In this document: in pieces, positions 12,346-25,880 of the stretch
Layout of the letters: each line of letters begins with the position of its first letter
How positions within the stretch are numbered: the stretch's first letter is position 1
Assembly (NCBI RefSeq): GCF_021869535.1
Contig: NW_026262581.1
Location: 4,960,001 to 5,024,000 of the forward strand
Length of the DNA stretch: 64,000 nucleotides
Direction: 5' to 3'
DNA from: Mytilus californianus
Lineage: Eukaryota
Translations under genes and position numbers: made by a program
The notes under the pieces: generated by a model
The model's database searches: none
Told to the model about the DNA's origin: nothing
Seen by the model: only the letters and a program-made list of their open reading frames with translations

Positions 12346-13983
12346 ATGAAGACAAGAATAGGTTAACAACGTCCATTGAATCAAGGAATCAACAAATTTC
12401 ATTAAAGAGAAGTTTTAGGTTCTCTTTCAATACATACTGTTAATTTGGCTCAAATCCTACAAGTCAGATTTGAATCCATAAATGAGTGTTTCATATTAAT
12501 AAAAAAAAACTTTCTAGTGATATCACGACTACAAATATTTAGCCTCAGCTACAGCTGGCTCATCAAACTCATATATACCAAAACCTTCTTATTAGTTTCC
12601 ATATACCTTATAAAGAAACTAACAGAAACATTATAACTCTTTATTTTCCAGGGATGTAACCACTATATATTTCTGTCATCAGCCACTTCCAAATTTGACT
12701 GATATACTGCTACATAGATAATACTGGGAAAGGAGAGCAATTAAAGGCAAATCATTTAAAAAAAATAAATTAGATGCTCACGTAGCTATTCTACTGAAAT
12801 AAACCAATCATGAGCTATTTCCTAAGTTTGTTGATATATTAATTCCCAAGAAGTGTTAATAAATTTGTACACATATCTTATTTCTGAGAAGTATGGTATG
12901 GAATCTTTAAATAATTCCAATATTTATAGTAATTTTGTTTATAAATTCAGTAAATATTTACTGAATTATTTTACAAATATGAATTTTACTGGCATTTGCT
13001 CTGTCTAGAAAACTTACAGTTCAAGTTAAATTTGCATTTCCAGATATGTAGCTCCATGAAAATTCTTCAAAGAAAATTTTATTCTTGAAGACCACATGTT
13101 CACCCATCAATGTCTTCAGTCATTTTCTTTGTGGTGTTGGGTTATTGCCTTAATAATGTATTCTCAATATTTCTTTTTAATGGTATTTGTATTATTATTT
13201 TTTTTTTTAATTTTAAAATTTCTAAATAATGAAATTTGACTTTTTACATCATTTAAAGGCTGTAATTCTTGTCTTGGAATAAAACCAAAGAGAATTTTAT
13301 GAACATTAAATTACTAATTTGTATATGCAATCAACAACAATATTTAATCTTAAATTTGAAAATATTTGTATTAAACCAACAACTACCAATAAAATAAAAT
13401 CACCCTACCTTGATGAAGATATTTGATTTAGTTTAACCTTTCTCCGTTTACCTTCTTACAGGAGAGAAATAAAAATTTGTTAATTCCACAGATGAAAAAA
13501 TCAATGCTGAACTGAGTGTTAATATACAATGGATGATGGTTAAAATATGTTTGACAAATTTAGTTTTTAAATTGTTTAAATATTCACCAAAATAATTTAA
13601 AAGATATTTCATTTACAGTTTAAAAACTTTTTATCCAAAATCTATCCGCGTAACATGCTGAGAATTATAAGCATTAAAGAAAATAAAACCGAATTTAGAT
13701 CTCAAGTCAAATAACCCTATCAATGAGTTTAACTAGGTAAGAAAAGTATTAAGCCATCACAAAATACATATTAAGTTTACAGATTTGACGATTTAAATTC
13801 ATTTCTTTTATAAGTAAGTGCATCTTTTATTAGTAGTAAATCAGGTAATTTTCAAACGATGAGAGTTGAAAGACATTTAATGAATTGAAATATTGTTTGT
13901 TGGACACATTTGGATTGAATATTTAACAAAAAGATAACTTTAGTACCTCTTGAGGAAAGATTCTAGATTTAAATCTAAGTGAA

Positions 13984-14768
13984 CAGTGAGCAGACCTCTC
14001 ACTTTCCATCAACATAATTTTGCTATTTGAAACCCCTAAAATACTTTGGATCAAATTAAGCGTACAGTGAGCAGAGCTCTCACTTTATCAAGAATTGTTT
14101 TACTATTTGAAACTCAAAAAATGATTTGGATCAAATTATATGTACAGTGAGCAGAGCTTTCACTTTATCAAGAATTGTTTTATCATTTGAAACCACGAAA
14201 ATGATTTGGATCAAATTATGTGTACTGTGAGAAGAAAAAACTTTCCATCAAGTATTGTATTGCTATTGGCAACCCCACAAACTAATTGTTCTGTGAGCAG
14301 AACTCTCTCACTTTCCATCAAGTATTGTATTGCTATTGGCAACCCCACAAACTAATTGTTCTGTGAGCAGAACTCTCTCACTTTCCATCAAGTATTGTAT
14401 TGCTATTGGGAACCCCACAAACTAATTGTTCTGTGAGCAGAACTCTCTCACTTTCCATCAAGTATTGTATTGCTATTGGCAACCCCACAAACTAATTGTT
14501 CTGTGAGCAGAACTCTCTCACTTTCCATCAAGTATTGTATTGCTATTGGCAACCCCACAAACTAATTGTTCTGTGAGCAGAACTCTCTCACTTTCCATCA
14601 AGTATTGTATTGCTATTGGCAACCCCACAAACTAATTGTTCTGTGAGCAGAACTATCTCACTTTCCATCAAGTATTGTATTGCTATTGGCAACCCCACAA
14701 ACTAATTGTTCTGGAGCAGAACTCTCTCACTTTCGATCAAGTATTGTATTGCAGTTGGAAACCCACAA
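13984..14768. repeat. Tandem array: diverged ~80-bp units grading into homogeneous 70-bp units
   Basis: C(A/T)GTGAG starts at 13984, 14065, 14145 and 14225, then near-identical 70-mers at 14291, 14361, 14431, 14501, 14571, 14641 and 14711. Confidence 0.95.
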
Positions 14769-15190
14769 CAAGAGGCACATCTGTGCCTGTATCACTCACC
14801 TGGTGGAAAATCGTGTTTGCTAATTGGGACTTTTTTCAGGGGACATTACTCTAAGACAGATTGACAGATTTTTCTGCAATTTTCAGGGTAGATACATTTT
14901 GTTGTGCTGAAAATTTTTGCAATTTACACTTTTAACCTAGCTTCTTTAGGTTTTGGAACAATGACAAGGAAATACCAAAAGAGTTGAAAAGCAACATTTT
15001 AGGGGAAATAACTCCAAAACAAATTGACAAATTTTTCAGGGTAAATAGAACTTGTGGTGCTGACCATTTTCACCGGTCTGTTTTTATCTAATTGCTAAAG
15101 TTTTAGAGATATAAGCCAGAACTGTAGTTTGACCCAATCGTTATATTTTCAGACATGGCAGCCATGTTAGTTGATCAACCTGGACGAAAA
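14765..15190 (+). mobile_element. HINE-like fragment abutting the 70-bp array
   Basis: Starts AACAAGAGGCACATCTGTGCCTGTATCACTCACCTGG, similar to the 5' end of the element at 16764 (AACTAGAGG...GTCGCTCACC). Confidence 0.5.
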
Positions 15191-16763
15191 TCCTAAAACT
15201 TCATAGTTGACATCCTATAGATGAAGCAGGCAAACGTTGTGCTCACTCCATTGAGCAGTTATAGAGAAGATTTTAAAAGAAAAGTTCACTGATGACCTAG
15301 ACATAGATTGACTTTCATTGCAGGTGAGACAAAAGCTATTGTTTTTTTTGGCAATCATTGAAACCATGAAAATGAGGTCAAGGACAACAGACAGATTGTT
15401 TAGACCACAAAGCATCATCATAAAAGATTAAGATTATCCAGCTCTTCTACCTCTTAAAAACTGAAGTATATACAAATATAATAAAGAAAGGAAACAGGAA
15501 ATGTGTCAAAGAGACAACAAACCACCCCATCAAAGAGCAGAAAACAGCCCAAGGCCACCAATGGGTCTTCCACACAGCGAGAAATATCCACCACCGAAGG
15601 TCGGCTTCAGCTTCAGTTTACATTGCCACTACTGCCACCAAATAAGCACCCCTATGTCTCACATCTGAAAACTTTTGACGCAGGTAAGACAAAAATGAAA
15701 CAGAGCGCAACACAGAGAGAATGAAAGGATGAATAAAAGTACTATAATGTACTATTCTATGTCCCTTTGATGATGGGCGTTTAAAAGATTAATTTGTGTA
15801 GATTTATGATGCCACCTAATTTTTTGGCACCTTTGCATCATGCACACCTGGAATTACATGCACAAAATATAATAAACTTTGCAATATAAATTATATTAGC
15901 TGAACAGTAAAATATTCTGAACCATATATTTAGGATTTATGTTTCTTTCTACATGTAAAGACAACATTGTAGATATTACAGGATATGATTTATTATATTT
16001 TCAAAAATTCTTTTCCTTTGTTTTCAAATATCTCCCAGCGTTTTATGATAGTTTTACCTTACAGGTGTGAAAAATTAAGTTTGTTCAGTATGAATAAGAT
16101 GTAGGATAAAGACAGCAAAGAAACAACACAATAAATAAGAAAAGACATTTAATGGTCAACATATGATCCTTACCTAGGCCCTGAACTGGAGTGTTTTATC
16201 TATTTGAAAATAAAGGATATTAACTTAAGGGATGGATGAAATCTCTATTAAATTATGGGTTTTTTATGTGGCTTTTCTGGGCCAGAACTTATTTTCACAT
16301 TTGTACACATTTGTTATCATCATTTTATGTTGCAGAATATTTATTTTCATTCGTCTTTTGCAAAGTTATTTATTTTCAGTTCTTAGCAGGCCAAGTTATC
16401 CATTTTCAAAAATCCTACTCCCCATCCCCCCTTTCCCCAGAAAATAAAATGGTTGTCCCCTAAAAAGTGACTTTTTTTTTTGGTAATGTTGCATCTTGTA
16501 GTTTAGTATTGTTTTATTTCACATTCCTACATTTATTATTATTCAGTTCAGATCTGCTTTTACTCACAATTAAAAACCAATAAGAGAATAGAGTTCCAAT
16601 GCCCCATCATTGAACCTATTTTATCTGTCTAAGGGCATTAATTAAAACAAATTTCTTATCTATAAAACTTTTCATAAATATATTATGGAAATTAAGGGTG
16701 TAAGCCCTTACAATGCAATTTTTCATAAAATTAATATTTCCAAGAGGCATAAATAACTTTTTT

Positions 16764-18003
16764 AAACTAGAGGCTCTAAATAAAGAGCCTGTCGCTCACC
16801 TAGGTCTATGTGCATAATCAACAATGGACTCTCTCCAACATTGTAGACAACCCCAGTCAGGAGCCTCTAGCCTTTGTTAGTCTTGTATTATTTATTATTT
16901 TAGTTTCTTGTGTACAATTTGGAGTTTAGTATGGCATTCATTATCACTGAACTAGTATATATACTTGTTTAGGGGCCAGCTGAAGGACGCCTCCGGGTGC
17001 GGGAATTTCTCGCTGCATTGAAGACCTGTTGGTGACCTTCTGCTGTTGTCTGTTCTATGGTCGAGTTGTTGTCTCTTTGACACATTCCCCATTTCCATTC
17101 TCAATTTTAAGAATAGAGTTTATGACAAAAATTTCTTTTTTGTTGATCTTGTATTGCTGAACATTTTGTCTGCTTATTTTCTCTCTATCTAATCATTAGT
17201 TTTTGCTCAAAACACAAAAGAGGGTAAAAAAATCCTCATTTAAGGGCCATCACTCCTATGAACAGTGACAGTCTACTAACTATATCGGCAAAATTTGACT
17301 TGTTTGTGAATCTTGCCTTGCTGATCATTTTTGTGATTTAAAGTTTCTATTTATCTATTATAGTTTTAATCTTATAAGGCAAAATGCAAAAAAATTGTAA
17401 AAATCGTCATTAAAGGGCAATAACTCAAATAAGGAGTCGTCAGAAAATTTCCTCCTTATGGTCTTAAATGTAAATCTTGTCTTGCTGATCATGTTTGCTT
17501 ATTTAAGTTTCTATCTATCTATTATAATTTTTAAAATGTAAGGCAAAAACACAAAGAATTGGTAAAAATTGGCAATAACTCAAATTAAGAGTCGACTGAC
17601 GATTTCAACCACGCCATACTTATTCGTAGATCTTGTCTTGCTGATCATTTTTGCAACTTAAAGTTTCTCTCCATCTATTATAGTTTTCAAAATAAAAGCC
17701 AAAAATGAAAAAAATGGTAAAATTTATCATTTAAGGGCAATAACTCCTTTAAGAAGTCACCTGACAGTTTTTGAAATAATAGACAAAACTTGTATTTTAC
17801 CCCTATGGTCTATTTATAGCAATGTTAGCCATCTTGTTTGGCAGGCGGGGTCATCTGACTTATTTTTTAAACTAAATACCCCAATAATGATTGTGGCCAA
17901 GTTTGGTTAAATTTGGCCCAGTAGTTTCAGAGGAGAAGATTTTTATAAAAGTTAACGACAAAGGCCGACAAGTAATGAGAAAAGCTCACCTGGCCGCTAA
18001 AAA
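16764..18003 (+). mobile_element. HINE-like element with degenerate internal repeats and a nested insertion
   Basis: 5' AAACTAGAGGCTCT...GTCGCTCACC; internal repeats of TTAAGGGC(A/C)ATAACTC...CTTGCTGATCAT; 3' GA(C)AAGTAATGAGAAAAGCTCACCTGGCC...GCTAAAAA. Confidence 0.65.
16851..17108 (+). mobile_element. Short interspersed repeat (retroelement 3' end type), nested in the HINE
   Basis: Closely similar copy at 44138-44430, and a reverse-oriented fragment at about 15490-15610 (GTCAGGAGCCTCT...TTCCCCATTTCCATTCTCAATTTT). Confidence 0.75.
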
Positions 18004-18339
18004 GTTGATTCGCACTAATTTTGGAACATGACTAATACATTGCTGATATAAACCTCTGATATCAGTTTTTAAAAATCTGGCAAAACTTGTACACGAGAGA
18101 GCTTAAAACGCAATTTTACATATATTAACTAATATGTCCATGGGACATAAATCTGTTTTATAAAGTTGATCAGCACTGATTTTTTCAAACTTGTCCGAAA
18201 CATTGCTGATATAAACCTCCGATATAATTTGAGAATTGTACAGTTTAGAGTGCTGACAAGACTGGAAGGATGCACCCAGAAGTAGACAGCTGCCCAGTAT
18301 TTCTATTTCCCCTTGCAACGTGCCTCGCAGGGGACAAAT
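18004..18339 (+). mobile_element. 3' fragment of a HINE family
   Basis: ACATTGCTGATATAAACCT repeats and a 3' end GTATTTCTATTTCCCC...GGGGACAAAT, shared with 38158-38686 and about 27540-27720. Confidence 0.6.
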
Positions 18340-19499
18340 CGTTGAGTTGACCTATAGACCCTTAATATTTAGCCAACATAAAATAAAGAATGTATGAAGT
18401 GAACCTTTTAAACAGTATTCCTGTCATGTATTCTACAGATAATGATGCCAACCAATTTCTGACAAGAAAAAAAGATACCATATACAGATATGACAATAGC
18501 TCACTGTGGCCTTATTAGCTAGTTGAAGTATATATAGTCAAAAGGGTAAGATGCAGCTGTTATATGATGCTTCCAAAATAACCAATCCTAGCAATTTTTT
18601 TCATATATGGTCAGCCTCATATCAAATATCATTTCATCCAACGCACACTCACCTTTACAGTACACACTTATATAAACAAATACAACCAGATTATAAAGAG
18701 AAATAACGACATTTTATTTTCAAATCAGAGGAAATCAAAATGAAATTAACATTTTCCAATTTTGGTTTGGAACACCCGTTTTTCTAAATGAGGCCATGAA
18801 AATCCAATCAAACTCATATATAAATCTAATTGTAAAACAAAATTGGCATTTTATTTATTAAAACAGCTGGCTTATGTAAATTCTGTACATCTAGGTGAAT
18901 ATGAAATGCCATTTTGAACATTTGAAGTGAAACAATCATATAATTTTAATAAAATAGAAATCTCAAAAGTACAAATGACTTTGTCCTGTGATCTCATCAC
19001 TAAATTTTTCGTTAGTCTATGTAAAAAGGTTTCAGTATAGAAAAAATTTTTAAAATAAAGATTCCTGAACTGATTTCCTTGAGACTTAATTTTATCTATT
19101 TTTTCAAAACACAATTCTCAAGATCAAGAGGATTAGTTATTATGTAAAAGGAGCACTACAGTAAACAGTTTTTACAGGAAGCTTAAAAATATTTTGTTCA
19201 TACAAATTTCTCTACCAACAAAAAACAGGACTAAAACTTTGAACTATCCCTTTCACTTTTGCCAAGTCTTAAATATTTATTCACTTTAATGCCATCATAG
19301 ACTTGTATTTAATTTACAAACATGATTTTTTTCTCTGAATGTAAATTTGTTGTTTTCTGTGGAAACAAATGACATAAGCAGAGACAAAGAAATATAATGT
19401 TATAAAACAATTATATTTCCGTGTTAAGTGAACAATGAAAACTGGGATAAAATCATAATTTGGCATATATATATGAACAGTTCATTTCACAAGGAACAT

Positions 19500-19795
19500 C
19501 TTTGTGTTTTTGTTGGGTGCTTTTTTGTGCTTTGTATCGATCTGATGACTTAAGAAGCCCTTTTCAATGGATTTTTATAGTTTGTTCTGATGTTGTACTG
19601 TTACACCACTGTCCCAGGTTAGGAGGAGGGTTTGGCGCCAGCAAAGATGTTTAACCCAGCCACATGTGAGTCAGGAGCCTGTAATTCAATAGTTGTCATT
19701 TGTTGCTGTATATCATATTTGTTTTTCGTTCATTGTTTTGTACATAAATCAGGCCATTAGTTTTCTCGTTTGAATTGTTTAATATTTGTCATTTC
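19500..19795 (+). mobile_element. Fragment of the 3' UTR of the Penelope-like family found at 45399-46835
   Basis: TGTTGTACTGTTACACCACTGTCCCAGGTTAGG and downstream sequence shared with 46540-46760. Weaker copies at 49950-50320 and 53380-53770. Confidence 0.75.
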
Positions 19796-19802
19796 TTATT
19801 TT

Positions 19803-20032
19803 TAGTGGCTGAGTAGGCCAAGTAGTCCAACTACTGTACCACTAGCCAGTCAACACTGAGGTTGTGAGTTCGAATTTTGCATGGGGCAGGTGCACTTGAC
19901 TCTAAATTGACTATGATTGTCAGTTTTCCCACTGAAAGTTGGTGGTTCTCTCCGGCTTCCTCCACCAATAAAAAACTGATCGCCAAGAAATAGCACAATA
20001 GTGTTGAAAGTGGCGTTAAACACCAATCAATC
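19803..20032 (+). mobile_element. tRNA-derived SINE with a V-domain-like core
   Basis: A-box-like GTGGCTGAGTAGG, B-box-like GAGTTCGAATT (19866-19876), core GTGGTTCTCTCCGGCTTCCTCCACCAAT, and a (CAAT)n tail. A fragment also occurs at about 23590-23700. Confidence 0.75.
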
Positions 20033-21204
20033 ATATGTGCAAGGTTTTGAGTTGATGTGACCCCAAACTACATCAAACTAAAACTTTAACCTTTTACATT
20101 TCCATATAAAAATAAGGAGATGTGGTATGATTACCAATGAGACAACTATCCACCAGAGTTCAAATGAAGTAAATGTAAGCAATCACAGGCATTCCATAGA
20201 TGTATAAACTATACATCTATGGGCAACTGTATCTACTTCAACAATGATAAAACCCCTATTGTCTAGTAGGTGAACCATAAAATCTGGGTCGAATTCTGAT
20301 TTGGCATATATATTTAAGAGTTCACTTCATATTGAATATGTGTACTAAGTTTCAAATTGATATGACCAAAAATACTTTAAATCAAAACTTTAACCAGAAA
20401 CATGACAGACCGGTGCACAGACATAGAAACATAATGTCCCTCTACTACTGTTGGTCGGGCATACAACTTTACAGATCAATAACTGACAGAAAGACAGACA
20501 CCAACTGAGGAAATAGACTCATACTGGACCATTTGACCTTTTGACCAACAATTTCCTTTTCTTATCAAATCTATTTACATTAACTCTTTTTTCTGCCTTT
20601 TCACAATGATTCATTACTCCAACTTAATACTGTTTTTTAACTAAAATTATGTTTTTTCTAATGAATTCTGTCCATGGAACAGATGTTAATTTAATTAATT
20701 CATTTACATGAATTGGAGATGTAAATTCAGGGTACCTTATAATTGAATTTCTACACAAGAATATTTAACAGTAATATGCATGTATATTGGGTATCAAGAC
20801 TTCTTTTTGTAAATTCTTGTTTGTGATATACGGGTCATCGTAAATTTATACTAGTGAATATATAAACTGATTACAGAGACACCTGATCTCAAGAAGTTTC
20901 AATTGAATGCTAAAGAGACTTGAATAGGTGTTAATTTACTTTGTAAGATTAAGCAGCTCTTAAAATTCTAGAAGGTTTCATATTAAAAAGATTGACTTTA
21001 GACCTGACAGTTTTATATGTATAAGGGACAAAATAATTAACTTATTTTAAAGTTTGAAAATTGTAATGTATTTTGTGAGATGTTTATCCAATAATCAAGG
21101 AATCGTTTTCTCATCTCAAAATGATCCATTTTGTACAAACTTACATGCAAATTATTATAAACTATGTATTAAAGTCAGATAGTTGATCAATGTAGACATT
21201 TTTC

Positions 21205-21716
21205 TTAAACTTAACACTGAGCAATGAACCGTGAAAATGAGGTCAAGGTCAAATAAAACCTGCCAGATTGACATGCACATCGTAAAATATTTCCATACAC
21301 CAAATATAGTTGACCTATTGCATATAGTATTAGAAAAACAGACCAAAACACAAAAACTTAACTTAAACCACTGAACCATGAAAATGAGGTCAAGGACAGA
21401 TGACAAAAACTGTCTTGACAGGCATGAGGACCTTGCAAGGCACGCATACACTAAATATAGTTATCCTATTACTCATGATAAGAGAGAAATAAACATTACA
21501 AAAAATCTGAACTTTTTTTTCACGTAGTCACTGAACCATGAAAATGAGGTTAAGGACCATTGACATATGACTGACGGAAACTTCATAACATAAGGCATCT
21601 ATATACAAAGTATGAAGCATCCAGGTCTTCCAGCTTCTAAAATATAAAGCTTTTAAGAAGTTAGTTAACGCCACCGCCGCATCACTATCCCTATGTCGAG
21701 CTTTCTGCGACAAAAA
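21205..21716 (+). mobile_element. HINE-like element with internal GAACC(A/G)TGAAAATGAGGT repeats
   Basis: Three internal repeats; CCACCGCCGC microsatellite; truncated 3' hairpin ATGTCGAGCTTTCTGCGACAAAAA. Confidence 0.6.
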
Positions 21717-21807
21717 CGACCATGCCTGATGAACACATCTTTTTGCAGATTATTCGAAAAGAAGGATTAAGATTGTCTGTATATCGCCTTAAAATCATTA
21801 GAGAAAC

Positions 21808-21968
21808 AGATTCAACCACCAAATTTCGTGCAATAAGATATTTATCCACTCTCGACAGTTAAATTTAAAATATTTAAAACATTCGGCAAGCCTCACGTTT
21901 TAAAGTTGAAAATTTAATTGCCTTGAGTGGATAAATATCGTATCACACTCGATGCAATGGTAGAATCT
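21808..21968. mobile_element. Degenerate palindromic MITE next to a (TA)n tract
   Basis: Arms AGATTCAACCA / TGGTAGAATCT and GATATTTATCCACTC...AAATTT / AAATTT...GAGTGGATAAATATC. Confidence 0.7.
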
Positions 21969-24900
21969 ATATATATATATATATAACCTTGCCAGTAACT
22001 TAAACCTGACAGATATGAATTACATTACTGTAGATTATTTTGTCTATCAGTACGACAAAAGAATCAAACAATACTATCTGTTTTGGTGCATACAGAATTA
22101 ATTTATTTTATAAACTTATGTAGCAACCAAGTCATTTATCTAGCTTATGGACCACTTGGAAGAATACAAATATATGTAAAAAATAACAAGCTTATCTGTT
22201 ACATTAACAGTATTTGTATATAAATCAAAGGACAAGGACATTTCTTTCACCAAATCAAAATATTTTGTCTATAGTGAAATTTCTACTATGTTTTCATTAA
22301 CGATTTCCCTTTTTCTGATACATGTGAACCTCCATATGAAAATCAAGGATATGACATTTAAACTGATATCCATAAAACTAAACCAAAGATGGTGTTACTA
22401 GAAAAAAAAAGTTTAGATTCACATCTAGGATTGAAAACACAAATTTTATTCACTTTGTATGAAATACTAGTCTAAGTATCTACCTATTATCATGATATTA
22501 TATAAATTTTCTGCAGCAGTTTTAACGTAAATTTATCCAAGATTGAATCAAATTTCCTTTCACTCAGTGAATAAAAATATTATAAGAAATACATTTAATA
22601 CTTGTACTACTTTGTACATTGAAATTTAATTATGAATAAAACTTACATGCTGATCTTAAAACAGACAAGCAGTTTTTCTTTTAATTACAGGTGTAATATA
22701 CTGACTTACCTGTCATTTTAAAATTCACCCTATAAGTTAATGGTCTTATAATCTTGGTTACATCAACATGTAAAAGCTATACTCCATTGTTATTCTAATA
22801 AGTGTCTATTTTTCTTAAGTTAAATGAGGCATAGACTCAACTGTGAATGTCAACAAATTCCTGATAAAGATGTCCCCATAAAATTTTACTTTACATAATT
22901 TATATTTCATACACATAAATGATGTATTCAAAAAATAGAAAAGTGTATTTATCATTTACGCAAAGCCATTTGAAGACATTAATGTAACATTTCAATTTCA
23001 GATATGAAATTTATGATTCAATAATAATTTGCCACAGAAAATTGTTGTATGTTAATGTTCACATTTAGCTAGTTTAATTCATACACTTTCTTGCAACATT
23101 TAGTTAAATATTATCTATCAAATATCTGAGTATATAACAATTCATAAACTTTTTATATTTATCTATGGGGAGATAACTATAACAAATAACTTAGAGAAAT
23201 CCTAAAACATACCAGATGAGATATATTTACATGGAACCATCCATTCCATAGAGTTGTAACAGATTTGACTGAGGGCTATTCCAAAATTAAGTGTATGGAG
23301 AAGCTGAAAAGGCACTTACCTAATATAAAAAGATCGACGGGAGGTTAAAAACAACTCTTTTCACACAAATTGCGACAATAATGCATAAAATATCAACTTA
23401 GAATTGAATGGGTGGTGGTTTTGGCGAAAAAGTGCCTTCAAACCCATACAATTACATTTCACCTTGGAATAGCTGATAATAATTCAGTAACAAATTCACT
23501 GATTAAATTATTTAACCTTTCCATGGTCCAAACAAATCCTATGGATATTTTGTCATTTGTTGAAATGTATGATTCAAGTTTGATGAACAACTTGTCAGTT
23601 TTCCCACTGAATGTCGGTGGTACTCTCTGACTTCCTCCACTAATAAAAAACAAGCTGCCACGTGCTAAGAGTGGTCTAAAACACCAAGCAATCAATTGAT
23701 CTTAGTCTAGACTTCATATTAAACATCAATTTGATCAGTGATAGAGAAGAGTTTCACAGAAGCAGCAAAATTTAAGATAATAAAGGGGAATAACTCTTGA
23801 CATTTTAATGTCAAATCCATCAAAACTTTACATATATTTCATTTTTCATTACATTGTGTACAAATTTCAAAACATTTGATCAAACCATGCTTTATTTTCA
23901 TGCAGGAAAGTCATTAGTTTGAGAGGAGCAGAGGATACACTAGATGCCTACCTGGTTTGTAAATTGTCAAAATCCATGTTTTTCTAAGGTATGTTTTAGC
24001 ATAAAATGACAAAAGATATACACAATACCAGAAGTGTTAAAATATTTTGTCAAGCATTAATTCATAATGATCCACAATTCTAAGATAAATAATTTTGTTT
24101 AGATAATTTTGGGAAATATAACTATCAAATCTGTCAAATTCAAACTTACATTTATGGTCCAAATGGCACTTAACTGCATTTATCTGTATAAAAATTGTAA
24201 CAGATGGACATAGTTAAAAACCCCTATCTATCATTACTCATGTGAAATAAAAGTAAAATAAACAGTTGAGAAAGCATTTATTTAGGAAAGACAAAGAGAC
24301 CAACATGCAATGCAAGAACTATATTCTCTCCTGAAACTTTTTCAGAAGGCAATAAATGTGAATTATGAAGTTTTATTCACCTTCTTTAACTTTAATGCTA
24401 AAATTAAAAGGATTAAGTTTTTTTAAAATACAATACTAAATCTAATTTATCACACTATTGTTGACAGTATAACTACTACAACACAAGGTTTTCTTAAACA
24501 ATAATCTATTTACCTTTTACTTACTTTAATACAGGTGATTCATCTGTCTCGCCATTTTCCCTTGCTCGAAAACTTCTGATGCTACTGGACTTTGATTTTG
24601 ATAGTGTTACATTTCCCTTCTTGTTTGAAGTTGTGACCCCAAATGAGATAGTTGATGTAGAATGTTGGGTTCCAAGTCTGTGTTTATGATGTCCAGTTGT
24701 TCTGCATTTAAGTAAAGGTGCAGATGGCATAATATTAATAACAAACTAAAATTTCCCTACATGTAGTATTCAAAACATCAATCATTTTGAAAGAATTTTC
24801 AAAATCCAGTGTAAAAAGAAATATGCTTTTTACGATTTCTTTTGAAATCTTACTAATGAAATTTAGAATTTATTTGTACATTTAAAAATAAAAACAGATT

Positions 24901-25649
24901 TGATAGATAACATCCACTAACTTTCTTTTATTGATTGAACCTTTTTAGATTAATCAACTTGACAGATATCCTTGTTTGTATGGTATTTTATCATGTACAT
25001 AGTATTGACAGAAAGTTTACAAAATATCATTGATAATACATAATAGTATCAAATAACAGATACTTAAATAGTCATCCCGTTTTAAACTACTATGTATCAA
25101 TGTTAAATAACGTACAAAGGTTAAAGTTTTTTGATAGTGTCATGTTTTAATTGTATGTCAGTACAGTCTGACATTAAAATTTCAATTTAAATGATTTTCA
25201 AATTGTTAAAACTAATGGTGACAAAAAAGTGCATGAATTCTTGAGTTGAATTGTATTTTGTCTACCTTTTTACCCTTTTGTCGATTTATCACTTGTGGCA
25301 GACATTTTCGTTGGAGTTTTAATTTCGTTTATTACATAGATAGAAATTATCCACAAGATTTAGAACCCCAACAAAATAATAACCTATGAAATCATTATTC
25401 TTCCTAGGTCCCTTTTTGGTAATATAGCTCCTCATATACATTCTTGAATTTCTAAATATTTGGTTTGAGCTGTTCTAATGAAGGTAAATGCTAACGACTA
25501 ATCACGTTTAGGTGCATACTTTTGTAAATTACCCAGAAAGTTTTATTCTGAAAGCAATTTGCACTGCATAGTTGACAATTGCTAAATTATGTGGTGGTTT
25601 GAATTTTTTTTTAAGTCTGTTTAATTTTATACAAACTGCCTCAATGGTC

Positions 25650-25880
25650 TTGTGGTACTTTCATGCCTTGAGTGGTAGTGGCTTTGACTTCTGAATGGGT
25701 CAAACCAAAGACTTAAAAATTGATATTGGCTGCTTCTTTGTTAATTATGGAGCAAGAGTAAAGACTTGTCATCTTGTGGAGTCAGTATTTTAAGTGTCCA
25801 GGTATGGTGACATTATAAATGTACATACCACATAAATATATTTCCTTCCTGACATGCATGTTTTATTTGCCACTGGACAT
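25650..25880 (+). mobile_element. Degenerate copy of the Meta-type SINE
   Basis: GGGTCAAACCAAAGACTTAAAAATTG...AAGAGTAAAGACT...GGTGACAT shared with 28772-29090. Confidence 0.65.
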
